Shown here one piece after another: positions 9,326 to 17,811 of a DNA stretch of 64,000 bases. The position numbers and the translations under genes are program-made. Numbering within the stretch: the first letter of the stretch is position 1; every line of letters begins with the position of its first letter. The stretch is taken from positions 217,567 through 281,566 of IMG/VR virus record IMGVR_UViG_3300049182_000044; one strand, given 5' to 3'. The notes beneath the pieces were generated by a model. That model saw only the letters and a list, made by a program, of their open reading frames with translations, was not told the origin of the DNA and did not search any database. This DNA comes from a virus (lineage: Duplodnaviria > Caudoviricetes).

Positions 9326-10405
9326 TTACTCGTCGTCTTCTTCTTCCCACTCTTCATCGCCGTCTTCGTCGTCGTCGCCGTCTTCGTCGTCGGAATCTTC
9401 ACCTTCTTCGTCGTCGTCGCCGTCTTCGTCGTCGTCACCTTCTTCATCGCCGTCGTCGCCGTCTTCGTCGTCGTCACCTTCTTCATCGCCGTCGTCGCCG
9501 TCTTCATCTTCGTCGTCGCCGTCTTCATCTTCGGACTCTTCGTCGTCGCCGTCTTCGTCTTCGTCGTCGCCGTCTTCATCTTCGGACTCTTCGTCGTTGC
9601 CGTCTTCATCTTCGGACTCTTCGTCGTCGCCGTCTTCGTCTTCGTCGTCTTCGTCCTCGTCTTCCGACTCGTCTTCAGCTTCAGCAGCGGCTGCCTTCTT
9701 GCCCTTCTTGCCCTTGCCTTCGGTCATGACTTCACCTTCTTGCGCGGTAGTCTGAACGTCGATGTTGGCCGAGTTTGCAGGATTCAGGATGATGGTTTCG
9801 CCATCCAGGGTTACGATCTGCAGCAGGCCGCCGTCGAGCGCTTCAACCTGACCCTTGTACTGTGCCAGGGTTGTCAGCTTGTTGACAGTGATCTTGGCTT
9901 GCTCGCCGACCGCGCCGATAACGCTGACTACATCGCGCATTGCGTAGGTTGTGAACACGCCCTTGCCGCCACGACCGGCCTTGGTATGGACAACCAGGGT
10001 GTCGGTGTCGATGCTGTGCAGGATGCCGCTGACTTCAACGATGGACTTGCCAATGACTGTGACATTGGACATGAGCTGATCCGGCGATGCATTGGATGCT
10101 TCAGCCTTGTCCTTCTTGCTGCCACGTGCCTTGGTCTGCTTCGGAGCCTTTTCAGCCTTCGCTGCCTTGCCGCCGCGCTTGCCCTTGGTTTCCTTCTCAG
10201 CCTTAGCTTTCGCGCCACGCTTGCCCTTAGCTTCCTTCGCCGGCTTTTCAGCCTTCGCCTTGCGCCCACGCTTGGATTCTTTTTCAGCAGCTGCAGCCTT
10301 GCCCTTGCCCTTCTTCACTTCCTTCTCTGCTGCCTTGCCCTTGGCTTTCTTGTCAGCCTTCTTGTTTGCTGCTTTGCCTGCCTTCTTGGTCGATTGACGT
10401 GCCAT
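9326..10405 (-). CDS. protein with basic N-tail, beta-rich core and very long acidic C-tail
   Basis: 359 aa, AAGGAG RBS; K/A-rich N-terminus, Sm/SH3-like core pattern, about 115-residue D/E/G tail. Confidence 0.85.
   Translation of the reverse strand: MARQSTKKAGKAANKKADKKAKGKAAEKEVKKGKGKAAAAEKESKRGRKAKAEKPAKEAKGKRGAKAKAEKETKGKRGGKAAKAEKAPKQTKARGSKKDKAEASNASPDQLMSNVTVIGKSIVEVSGILHSIDTDTLVVHTKAGRGGKGVFTTYAMRDVVSVIGAVGEQAKITVNKLTTLAQYKGQVEALDGGLLQIVTLDGETIILNPANSANIDVQTTAQEGEVMTEGKGKKGKKAAAAEAEDESEDEDEDDEDEDGDDEESEDEDGNDEESEDEDGDDEDEDGDDEESEDEDGDDEDEDGDDGDEEGDDDEDGDDGDEEGDDDEDGDDDEEGEDSDDEDGDDDEDGDEEWEEEDDE
9330..9680. repeat. coding tandem repeats (TCGTCGTCGCCGTCTTC core) encoding the acidic tail
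   Basis: Repeated DEDGDDEESE and DEDGDDGDEEGDD units in frame. Confidence 0.85.
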
Positions 10406-10559
10406 TTGAAACTCCTTAGTTTAATGGGTGCTACAAAAATGAATGATTGGTACTACGATTGATTGAAACGGTTTCGAGTTGTTAGTTCTAGTTCGGCTTC
10501 AATTTGTCCTCCACGGTTACAAACCCGACGAGTGCTGTTATCGCATCGTGTGCCCTACT

Positions 10560-10569
10560 TTTACAGTTT
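10560..10569 (-). promoter_or_regulatory. AAACTGTAAA motif
   Basis: Exact intergenic decamer upstream of the 10405 start. Confidence 0.5.
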
Positions 10570-10600
10570 CTGCGAATAACAGTTTCTGCGTCGGCCCTAT

Positions 10601-11749
10601 TTACTCAGCCGCACCGGCGCCTGCATCGTCGCCGTCTTCAGCTTCATCTTCTTCGCCCAGCAAACGCACGAACAGGAGGTCACCGTTCGGAACCAGCAGG
10701 TCGCGATCAACGCTGGTCTTCGATTGCGGCAGCCAGTCCGAAATGTCCAGGCCGTGCAGTTCGTTGCGAGTGTACAGGACGAAACCTTCTTCTTCGATCA
10801 GCTGGCCGATCAGATCACGGGTTGCAGCATCAGCGACCGATGCAGCGTCCATCACAACAGCGAGCAGCATGTTGGTCGAACCTTCTTCGCCGCGCTTTTC
10901 GGTAACGAGCTTCAGAATGTTTTCAACCTGGCCGATGTACTTGACCGGCTCTTCTGCATCGTACAGCATGCCCGGGGCGACCGTGAAGTTCAGCACTGCG
11001 TTATGGCTGCCGATTGCTTCCGGCGCGCTGTCCGGCCCAGCGGACGGCGAATGCAACCACGAACGTACCGAAATGATGTCCTTGAGCAGGAGCGGAATTT
11101 CTTGCTCGGACTCTTCGTCGATCAGCGTGGTGACAACCGTGTTCTCGTCCGGAAGCGCATTCGCTACGGAAGCGCGAAGCGTGTCCAGGCTGTTGCGGAA
11201 CGTAGCGAGCACTTCGCTGCTCTTGCCCAGGTACATCAAACGGCTGTTGTTGATCGAATCAGTAATATCCAGCGCCGCATTCAGCACGCTGCGAACGATG
11301 CCTTCGGCTGCAGGATTGGTTTCGGTCTTCTTACCGGCCTTGCGGAACGGGCTGTATAGGTTGAGCTCTTGGCCGTCCAGGTTGACACGCGACAGCTGTG
11401 CCTTCAGGCCGTGCATACGGCTGTCAGTCAGGTTGAGCGTGAACATGATGTTGGCGTTCAACGAGTGCATCGAAGCGTGCGGCGTGTTCACAACTGCTGC
11501 CGGCTTTTCGACAACCTGGACAGTCAGTTCAGTCTGCGGCGGCTGCGTGACTTCCGGCTTGTCAGTTGCAGCGGATGCTTGTTGCATCAGTTCTGCCTGG
11601 CCTTCCGGTACGATGCCCGACGAGTTGTCGAGAACAGCAGTAGTAGTTTGCGATTCGGCGGCAGCTTGTTGCTGAGCATTACCGTTCGTCTTGCCGGAAA
11701 TAGCGCCCGGGGCGACGGTGTGGGTTTTCGGGTGATTTACCTGGTTCAT
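10601..11749 (-). CDS. hypothetical protein
   Basis: ATG at 11749 after AAGGAG RBS; low-complexity N-terminus, acidic end. Confidence 0.85.
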   Translation of the reverse strand: MNQVNHPKTHTVAPGAISGKTNGNAQQQAAAESQTTTAVLDNSSGIVPEGQAELMQQASAATDKPEVTQPPQTELTVQVVEKPAAVVNTPHASMHSLNANIMFTLNLTDSRMHGLKAQLSRVNLDGQELNLYSPFRKAGKKTETNPAAEGIVRSVLNAALDITDSINNSRLMYLGKSSEVLATFRNSLDTLRASVANALPDENTVVTTLIDEESEQEIPLLLKDIISVRSWLHSPSAGPDSAPEAIGSHNAVLNFTVAPGMLYDAEEPVKYIGQVENILKLVTEKRGEEGSTNMLLAVVMDAASVADAATRDLIGQLIEEEGFVLYTRNELHGLDISDWLPQSKTSVDRDLLVPNGDLLFVRLLGEEDEAEDGDDAGAGAAE

Positions 11750-11824
11750 TTGCTTCTCCTTAGTTATACGGTTGTGAAACACGTAATTACGATTAACAGC
11801 TGTTTGTTTTTCGTACCCGCATTC

Positions 11825-11834
11825 TTTACAGTTT
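11825..11834 (-). promoter_or_regulatory. AAACTGTAAA motif
   Basis: Exact intergenic decamer upstream of the 11749 start. Confidence 0.5.
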
Positions 11835-11857
11835 CTGAAGAATGCGGATTTCGTCAA

Positions 11858-13441
11858 CTACGCCTTATGTGCTGCAATGGCGGATTTAACGAGGATCTTC
11901 AATTCCTGTTCGTTCATGACCCTGCGGAAGGATCTGCGAAACTTCATATCGACATCTACGAACTCTTCATTGTGCCCGGATACCAGCAAATGCGAATTTT
12001 CGTGAATCGCCAGGTCGAGTAAGTCGCCGACCAAAAACGATTTATCGAAGCTTTGCGGGTTACACAGCACGAGAATATCCGAGCCGTCGCTGCTTTGTTT
12101 TACATTTAATCCCTCCGTCTCCTTTGCAAACACAAAACCTGTGACAATGCGCTTACCGTGTCGGTAGAACGCTCCCTTTTCAAAATCAATGTCAGCAACT
12201 GACTGGCCTGGACCGAACTTGTCCAGCACCACGCCGTTGTCGAACACCCACTGACAGCCGCACTGCTTACCGAACTCGCTAAACAGTGTTCCGTACACCG
12301 CTACCTTCCATGCGAAAGCCAGCGACTGAACCCAACCCTTGCGCAATGTGCTGAGAACCTGTGCGACGCTAACCGTGCCGTCTTCGCGATCCTTACCGCC
12401 ACGCCCAACGGTGTTCTGAATACGAAGGTTGAAATTTTTCGGAAATGCGTCGTTCACCATGTAACGCAATTCCTCCTCCAGCGTTTCGTACTTGCCGCCT
12501 GCGATACCCAGGCCTTGCTCACCGTTACTTGCAGTTTCACGCTTTTCACTATCCAGAACTAAGGGTGCTGTGAAATTCAGCGTGATGTCTACGGTCGTGC
12601 CGCGCTTGAACGTGTGCCGATCATCAACCATCTTCTGAATCAGCTGGTTCAAATGATTGGCGTACATGCCGCGCAATGCATCCCGATTCGATGTGAGGAT
12701 CTCGCGGGTATCACCTTCGAGTTCCAGCACGCCGACAAAACCCGTCGAACCTGTTCCGTACACGCGCTGCACGAACATCGGCAACCCGCGTACTGACACG
12801 ATCACGTTTGACGTACCGCCCTGAGTCTCCTTGAATGAAAACATGCCCAGCGATGTAGGCACCGCGTACTCGAAGTCCTCGAACTGCGCTTTCAACTCCA
12901 CGCCGTTCACCGTAATCATGCATGAACGCTGCAGCGCCATGAACGATGCGAAGCGATGCAACCTTGAGATCCATTCTTCGACCGTCCAGCCCTCGAGATC
13001 GAGTTCGACGACTGACGTTGTTCCTTCCTTCCACTGCTTGCAATGAGTGATAGTGTAATCACCGCCATTGCCCTCGACCAACTGGTCTTGTGTGCGAATG
13101 CGATACGAACGGTGCGCGAAATACAGCAGCACCTTTGCGTAACCAAACCCGCCGATACCGCCTTCGGGTTTGTATGAACCGCCCATGCTCAAGAGCTTGT
13201 TCACCAAAACGTCTTCCGTCATGCCTGCGCCATTGTCGCTGCACTCGATGTAAATCGTGCCGCGATTTTCGATCAGGCCGATCTCGAAGTCGATACGACT
13301 GGCCTTCGCGTCGTAGCTGTTTTGGATCAGCTCTCGAAACAATGCCCAACGCCAGTCGCTGTACTCAAGCTTCGACTTGGCGAAGTATTCGTTGGGTAAT
13401 GCAACCTTACCAGCGCGTGTGATTTCGTTAATTGCGTTCAT
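11858..13441 (-). CDS. GHKL (HATPase_c, MORC/MutL-like) ATPase with C-terminal HExxH motif
   Basis: RELIQNSYDA, SDNGAGM, GGIGGFGYAK; C-terminal IHENSHLLVSGHNEEF; ATG at 13441 after GGGGAGG. Confidence 0.85.
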   Translation of the reverse strand: MNAINEITRAGKVALPNEYFAKSKLEYSDWRWALFRELIQNSYDAKASRIDFEIGLIENRGTIYIECSDNGAGMTEDVLVNKLLSMGGSYKPEGGIGGFGYAKVLLYFAHRSYRIRTQDQLVEGNGGDYTITHCKQWKEGTTSVVELDLEGWTVEEWISRLHRFASFMALQRSCMITVNGVELKAQFEDFEYAVPTSLGMFSFKETQGGTSNVIVSVRGLPMFVQRVYGTGSTGFVGVLELEGDTREILTSNRDALRGMYANHLNQLIQKMVDDRHTFKRGTTVDITLNFTAPLVLDSEKRETASNGEQGLGIAGGKYETLEEELRYMVNDAFPKNFNLRIQNTVGRGGKDREDGTVSVAQVLSTLRKGWVQSLAFAWKVAVYGTLFSEFGKQCGCQWVFDNGVVLDKFGPGQSVADIDFEKGAFYRHGKRIVTGFVFAKETEGLNVKQSSDGSDILVLCNPQSFDKSFLVGDLLDLAIHENSHLLVSGHNEEFVDVDMKFRRSFRRVMNEQELKILVKSAIAAHKA

Positions 13442-13455
13442 GTCTGCCTCCCCGA

Positions 13456-13596
13456 TTAAGTGCGACGAAGAACGTAAGCCACAGTAACGCAATAGCGTTT
13501 CTTCCCATGCTTGCGAACCCAGTGACGGCACAGGTCCGCCGAACCTTGCTTCATGACCTTGCCGTAGAACGTATCGAGTGCGACGAATGTTTTCAT
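13456..13596 (-). CDS. small basic hypothetical protein (46 aa)
   Basis: MKTFVALDTFYGKVMKQGSADLCRHWVRKHGKK...; GAGG RBS and conserved leader; below track cutoff. Confidence 0.65.
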   Translation of the reverse strand: MKTFVALDTFYGKVMKQGSADLCRHWVRKHGKKRYCVTVAYVLRRT

Positions 13597-13710
13597 AATG
13601 ACCTCAACTGTTGGGTGAATTTCCTACAGGCGAATTTCAAACTACAAGCGGAGCCGAAGCTCCGCCCAAATGGACAACATACATAGGTATTCATTGAAAT
13701 TCCCTACCTT

Positions 13711-13788
13711 TGAACCTAATGGTTCTGCGAATCATGCAGTGCAGATCCCCTACGTCTACATTATAACATGAAAAATCGGAAACGTCAA
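13711..13788 (-). promoter_or_regulatory. sigma70 promoter P1 with downstream operator-like element
   Basis: TTGACG-17-TATAAT (13783-13788, 13760-13765); AACC-TAAT-GGTT element 35 nt from the -10; leader shared with P2. Confidence 0.85.
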
Positions 13789-13906
13789 CGAATACGGGGT
13801 CACGTGACCTGCAACCCCGTATGGCGCTTCAATGACAGGTTTGAAGTTTTATCACTTCATTATACCGATTCCCTTTATGGTACCTGCCACCCTAATGCAT
13901 TAGTAC

Positions 13907-14428
13907 TTAATGGTGATGCCGCACTTTTGCAGAAGGCTGTTTCAACGTCAAGCTGTGCTTCGACACCTTGCAGGAGCGACGATGCTCCGTTAAGGTCTCT
14001 AGTGCCGATGACGCAGGTTTTCTGCTTCGGCTACGAGAAGTAACAGACATTTCGTTCTGTTCCTTCAAGGGCTTTTCGCCCGGGATCGAAGTGGTCATCT
14101 CACTCGCCATTTCAAAGTCTCCCCAGGTTTCATCCGCCTCGTTCAGGATTTCCATCCCTTCGCAATCGAAGACGAAGCCTTCCTCGACCTTCTTGGCAAC
14201 CGCCTTCGACAGCCTTTGCAGGACGTCGGAGATGTTATTGCAAACAGTCTCGGAGTTCTTCACGTTCAACGGCGTTGAGCGAGAATGAGTGAATGTCACT
14301 CGAGTGAGTAGGTACTGCTTAGTCTTGATGACGTATTCAGCATGAATGATGCATTTTGCTGAAGTGGTTTCGGAAATGGCACGTTTAAGAAATGCCACTC
14401 CCAGGCTGATGCGGGTATTTGCGTACAT
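13907..14428 (-). CDS. hypothetical protein (possible WGR-like segment)
   Basis: ATG at 14428 after GGAG; KAVAKKVEEGF resembles a WGR-domain end (weak). Confidence 0.6.
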   Translation of the reverse strand: MYANTRISLGVAFLKRAISETTSAKCIIHAEYVIKTKQYLLTRVTFTHSRSTPLNVKNSETVCNNISDVLQRLSKAVAKKVEEGFVFDCEGMEILNEADETWGDFEMASEMTTSIPGEKPLKEQNEMSVTSRSRSRKPASSALETLTEHRRSCKVSKHSLTLKQPSAKVRHHH

Positions 14429-14543
14429 GAGGAACTCCAGGTTCAGATGTGCGCGACCCATCCCGAGGCTCCGGTCGCGCATGGACTTTTACGATGATTA
14501 ACATTTTGTATTTTCTTCCTTAGTATAGATACTATCGGCTACC

Positions 14544-14810
14544 GCCACATCGGGGCATCGACCGCTCGGTCGCCATACCCGTGGGCTCTAGCAGTAACGG
14601 ATTGTACCAACGGCTGGTTCACATCCCGTAATGAGCAATAGAGGGGATGCCGATCCTTAGTCAGTGAACGCCAGTCTTCTTCGTTATAGTCTCCAAGAGA
14701 AACGAATAGCGTTAGCTCTTTTCATCAATGACTTACTTCCAGTTCAGTAAACCGCCGCCTCGTACTGAACCTTCGTGCTGCAATCTTTAGATCGTCTTAT
14801 TCGATATGGC
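14544..14810 (-). ncRNA. candidate structured non-coding RNA, family unassigned
   Basis: About 270 nt without a credible ORF; terminal helix GCCATATCG/CGATGTGGC encloses several hairpins. Confidence 0.5.
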
Positions 14811-14839
14811 CTCCCTTTCTTTACGGTTAATGGGTTGAC

Positions 14840-15373
14840 TTACTTCTTCTTGCGTTTGGCCGGCTTCACCTCCTTAGGTTTGGCCGGTTTGATACGAGCG
14901 GCGTAGCGGAACTTACCGCGCACCATGAGCTTCAAGCTAAAGCTATCGAGGAACTCAGGAGTAAGCCCTGTCTCGCTGTACACGCGAGTAATCCTGAAGC
15001 CTGCCGCCACGCCCTTCTCGAAGGCGTTCAGCGTCAGCTTGCTCTTGTACCGATACTCGCCGTCCTTAGTCTTGTACTCAACGTCATACAAGGGCGCTTC
15101 GAGCTTGAAATACGGAGGTACGAGCCAGCGTGTGCCTAAAGCCTTCGCTTCAGGATGTTGAACGAAGCGCATTGCCTTGAACGACTCAGGCGGCGTTTCG
15201 TTCGTACCGACTTCAACGATGAAGTTCAACTGCGCCTTCACCAAGGTGCGAATGTTTTCGATTGAGTATTCAATACTCGCAATACCATCCTCCCTTGCTG
15301 GGCAGTATTGCTGCTCTTCGAGTTTCAGTACCCGATCAATCTTGAGCAGGTTGTCAGTGATGTACAAGATCAT
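14840..15373 (-). CDS. hypothetical protein, paralog of 30201..30722
   Basis: MILYITDNLLKIDRVL vs MILFITDNLLKVNQVL; K-rich end. Confidence 0.85.
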   Translation of the reverse strand: MILYITDNLLKIDRVLKLEEQQYCPAREDGIASIEYSIENIRTLVKAQLNFIVEVGTNETPPESFKAMRFVQHPEAKALGTRWLVPPYFKLEAPLYDVEYKTKDGEYRYKSKLTLNAFEKGVAAGFRITRVYSETGLTPEFLDSFSLKLMVRGKFRYAARIKPAKPKEVKPAKRKKK

Positions 15374-15385
15374 GTTATTACTTTT

Positions 15386-15805
15386 CTAGTCAGTCGATTT
15401 GATCCTGCACACGCGAGGACCAGTCTTGCGGAATGAAACAAACTTGCGCTGCTCAGACCGAACCATTAAGCGGTCGAGCTCCTTAAACGGGAACGTTACG
15501 TGCCTGAGGAAGGTCTCCTTCCCAAGCGCCTGCATCAGGCCACGCATGTCCTTTACCTTGCGCACCAGGCAACGCGGGCTGAAATCAACCTCAAGACCAT
15601 CACCGATGTACGCAACCTCTGAAGAATCCTCGTAGTAGTCGTTGGCGTGAACTTCCAACGAGGCCTTGAGGTCTTCAAATTCTTCCTTTAATGCACTGAG
15701 ACGCTCAATCTCAGGCAGAAGCTCTTTCATTCTTTCGACTGCCTTCTCGACCACAACCTCGGGTCGTTTGGCGCGTTGCATTCGCTCTACCCATGACTTC
15801 TTCAT
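15386..15805 (-). CDS. hypothetical protein
   Basis: 139 aa ORF with RBS, helical N-terminus. Confidence 0.8.
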   Translation of the reverse strand: MKKSWVERMQRAKRPEVVVEKAVERMKELLPEIERLSALKEEFEDLKASLEVHANDYYEDSSEVAYIGDGLEVDFSPRCLVRKVKDMRGLMQALGKETFLRHVTFPFKELDRLMVRSEQRKFVSFRKTGPRVCRIKSTD

Positions 15806-15826
15806 GATCGTCCCCTTGCGAATGAG

Positions 15827-16423
15827 TTAGGTTTTTGGTGCTGCAATGTCAGCGAGGACAATCGAGCGCGCCCCGTCCTTCAACCAGAAGCCGCGCCCCT
15901 CTTCAATCGGCTTCACGTAGTAGGCGAACTCAAAGTCCTGCGAGACGTCCTCGACATTGTGCAATTCAGGAATCGCATGGCGAAACGAACGCACAAATTC
16001 ATTTCGCCACTGGTTCAGCGCAACCCGATGATCGCGTGTCACCATCGGTTGATGGTTGGCATCGACCGTCCACTGGCGCATCCAGCTATCAACGTGATCG
16101 CGGAACGCTGCGGTCTGACTAGGACGATCAAGGCGCACGATCTTCAACAAGCGAACGAACTGCAGACTGTTCGGATCGACGATCTGTATCCCTGCAGCTT
16201 CGGCAAAGTAATCGAGCGCGAAGTTGCGGTTGACGAAGTACGAAGCCATCAAATCTCGAATCGTGGTTGCGAGGTCCGCAGCCGTATCGTCAGGTATACC
16301 GACTGCATCTGTCTTCAGTTCGCTGAAGTGAATCTTCGGGATTGCCTTCAAGTTTATCCCACGATTGAAGAAGGACAAATAACGCTGTGAGCCATCGAGC
16401 ATGTTCAGGACGATGTGTTTCAT
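15827..16423 (-). CDS. hypothetical protein
   Basis: 198 aa ORF with conserved leader. Confidence 0.8.
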   Translation of the reverse strand: MKHIVLNMLDGSQRYLSFFNRGINLKAIPKIHFSELKTDAVGIPDDTAADLATTIRDLMASYFVNRNFALDYFAEAAGIQIVDPNSLQFVRLLKIVRLDRPSQTAAFRDHVDSWMRQWTVDANHQPMVTRDHRVALNQWRNEFVRSFRHAIPELHNVEDVSQDFEFAYYVKPIEEGRGFWLKDGARSIVLADIAAPKT

Positions 16424-16459
16424 GATTGTGCTTTCTTTTTCAAGGTTGTAGAGGTCTTG

Positions 16460-16780
16460 CTAGAAGTTGATGTAGTACGCCGACCGACGATTGAACGCAT
16501 CGTACTCCAGCGTCAACTTGTTATACCTGTTACCGAAGCGGTTCTTGTCGAACACAGCGTCGATACGATCTGGAGTGATCTTGAATTCTGTCACCACTCC
16601 TTCAGCTGCCCAAATCGGCAGCTTCTCAGACAACTTCTCATACAGTAGGTGAAACGATCCTACTGCAACACTGCACTCATACGCACCGCGCCCATTGTGC
16701 TGCGTAACACCGCGCACGTTCAGGTGCCGGCGAATGAAGGGCACCAGCGGCGCCCTGTTTGCGATGGCTTGAACTGTCAT
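16460..16780 (-). CDS. hypothetical protein
   Basis: 106 aa, AAGGAG RBS. Confidence 0.8.
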   Translation of the reverse strand: MTVQAIANRAPLVPFIRRHLNVRGVTQHNGRGAYECSVAVGSFHLLYEKLSEKLPIWAAEGVVTEFKITPDRIDAVFDKNRFGNRYNKLTLEYDAFNRRSAYYINF

Positions 16781-16789
16781 GCGAACTCC

Positions 16790-17086
16790 TTAGTCGCACT
16801 TGTTGCAATGATTGAGTGGCGACACTCCGTGTGGACAGCGCTGATCGCGTGTCTTGATTTCATCGACACGACGCAGCAAGTACTGGTGGTGCTGCCAGTG
16901 CGAGTACATCTGGCGCATCGCTGTAATGAGAGCGAGGAGAAACACCACGAACAGGAAGCCGTAAACCTTGTCGCCGGCCTGCCACTTCGCGTATGCAAGC
17001 GACCCCGTGATCGCGGTGAACGCGGAGGTCATAGTCACAGCGAAGCACGTAACCAAGAGGTCGAGGTCTTTGCGATTTGCTTTCAT
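16790..17086 (-). CDS. small membrane protein (2 TM)
   Basis: ATG at 17086 after AAGGAG; hydrophobic LLVTCFAVTMTSAFTAITGSL and VYGFLFVVFLLALITAM. Confidence 0.75.
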   Translation of the reverse strand: MKANRKDLDLLVTCFAVTMTSAFTAITGSLAYAKWQAGDKVYGFLFVVFLLALITAMRQMYSHWQHHQYLLRRVDEIKTRDQRCPHGVSPLNHCNKCD

Positions 17087-17096
17087 GGTCATCTCC

Positions 17097-17756
17097 TTAG
17101 TAGCCATGATGAACGCGCATCCGGCGAATGACAGTTGCGCGATGATTCGGGTTGTACACATCGAGTGCCGGGTCGTCTGCCGCTGCGTCCTCGTCCTCGA
17201 GCTTGCGACGCTCAACACCGCGCTGCACACCTTCGGCGTACTTCGCATGATGCTCTGTACTGGCCTCGAAAATGTTATCGAGCTTGCCTGCGTAGCCCGC
17301 TTCAAAGCCGTCAACCTCAGCCTGCTGCAAGCTGTACGCCTTGGCTTCTTCTGCGTCCTGCTTCTGACGCTCTGCCCATTCCGCAGCGTAGTACTGCTCA
17401 CGCGGGAAGCCTTTCGGTGTGCACCACCAGCCTTCAGTCGGGCCGTCCTGTTCCAGCCACTGCTCAACATCAACGAAGTCCGTGATCGGACGATTTTCGT
17501 CAACGTCGTACTCGAACACCGGAATCCATTCATGCGTGGTGTACAAGTAACGCCAGAACGTGTCCTTGAAACCCGGCACCGACAGCAGCTGATCGGCTGT
17601 CAGGTGCGACGTTTGAATCACCGTGCGCTTACCCTGGTACACGATTCCCAGGTGTGCCGAATCGTCGAGGTCGAGCACCTTTTCAACCTCATGCAGCGTG
17701 TACACATGACCGCGCTGGGGATAAACCTTTTGAATCTGAACTTGAATAGCAGACAT
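17097..17756 (-). CDS. hypothetical protein
   Basis: ATG at 17756 after conserved leader and AAGGAG. Confidence 0.8.
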   Translation of the reverse strand: MSAIQVQIQKVYPQRGHVYTLHEVEKVLDLDDSAHLGIVYQGKRTVIQTSHLTADQLLSVPGFKDTFWRYLYTTHEWIPVFEYDVDENRPITDFVDVEQWLEQDGPTEGWWCTPKGFPREQYYAAEWAERQKQDAEEAKAYSLQQAEVDGFEAGYAGKLDNIFEASTEHHAKYAEGVQRGVERRKLEDEDAAADDPALDVYNPNHRATVIRRMRVHHGY

Positions 17757-17811
17757 GCTGTTCTCCTTAACTGGTTGGTAAATTTCAAACAATGGGGCTT
17801 GCGCCCCGATT

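Noticed and set aside
9330-9680. CRISPR-like array
   Set aside because: The repeats are in-frame codons for D/E/G with no unique spacers.
11858-13441. rIIA/rIIB pair
   Set aside because: The GHKL domain is shared with rIIA, but no rIIB-like neighbour is recognisable and the HExxH tail differs.
14385-14504. Programmed frameshift from the short ORF at 14504 into 13907..14428
   Set aside because: A -1 shift at the A-run hits a stop. The downstream ORF has its own GGAG RBS at 14428.
14544-14810. tRNA, tmRNA, RNase P, group I/II intron, hammerhead or twister-sister identity for the RNA candidate
   Set aside because: No T-arm/CCA end, no GGAAAGUCC/P4, no TAGTC partner for GACTA (P7), no domain V, and only partial UGAUGA or GGUACAA resemblances.
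16790-17533. 247-aa ORF from the track
   Set aside because: Its 5' part overlaps the real 17097..17756 gene out of frame; only 16790..17086 has an RBS.
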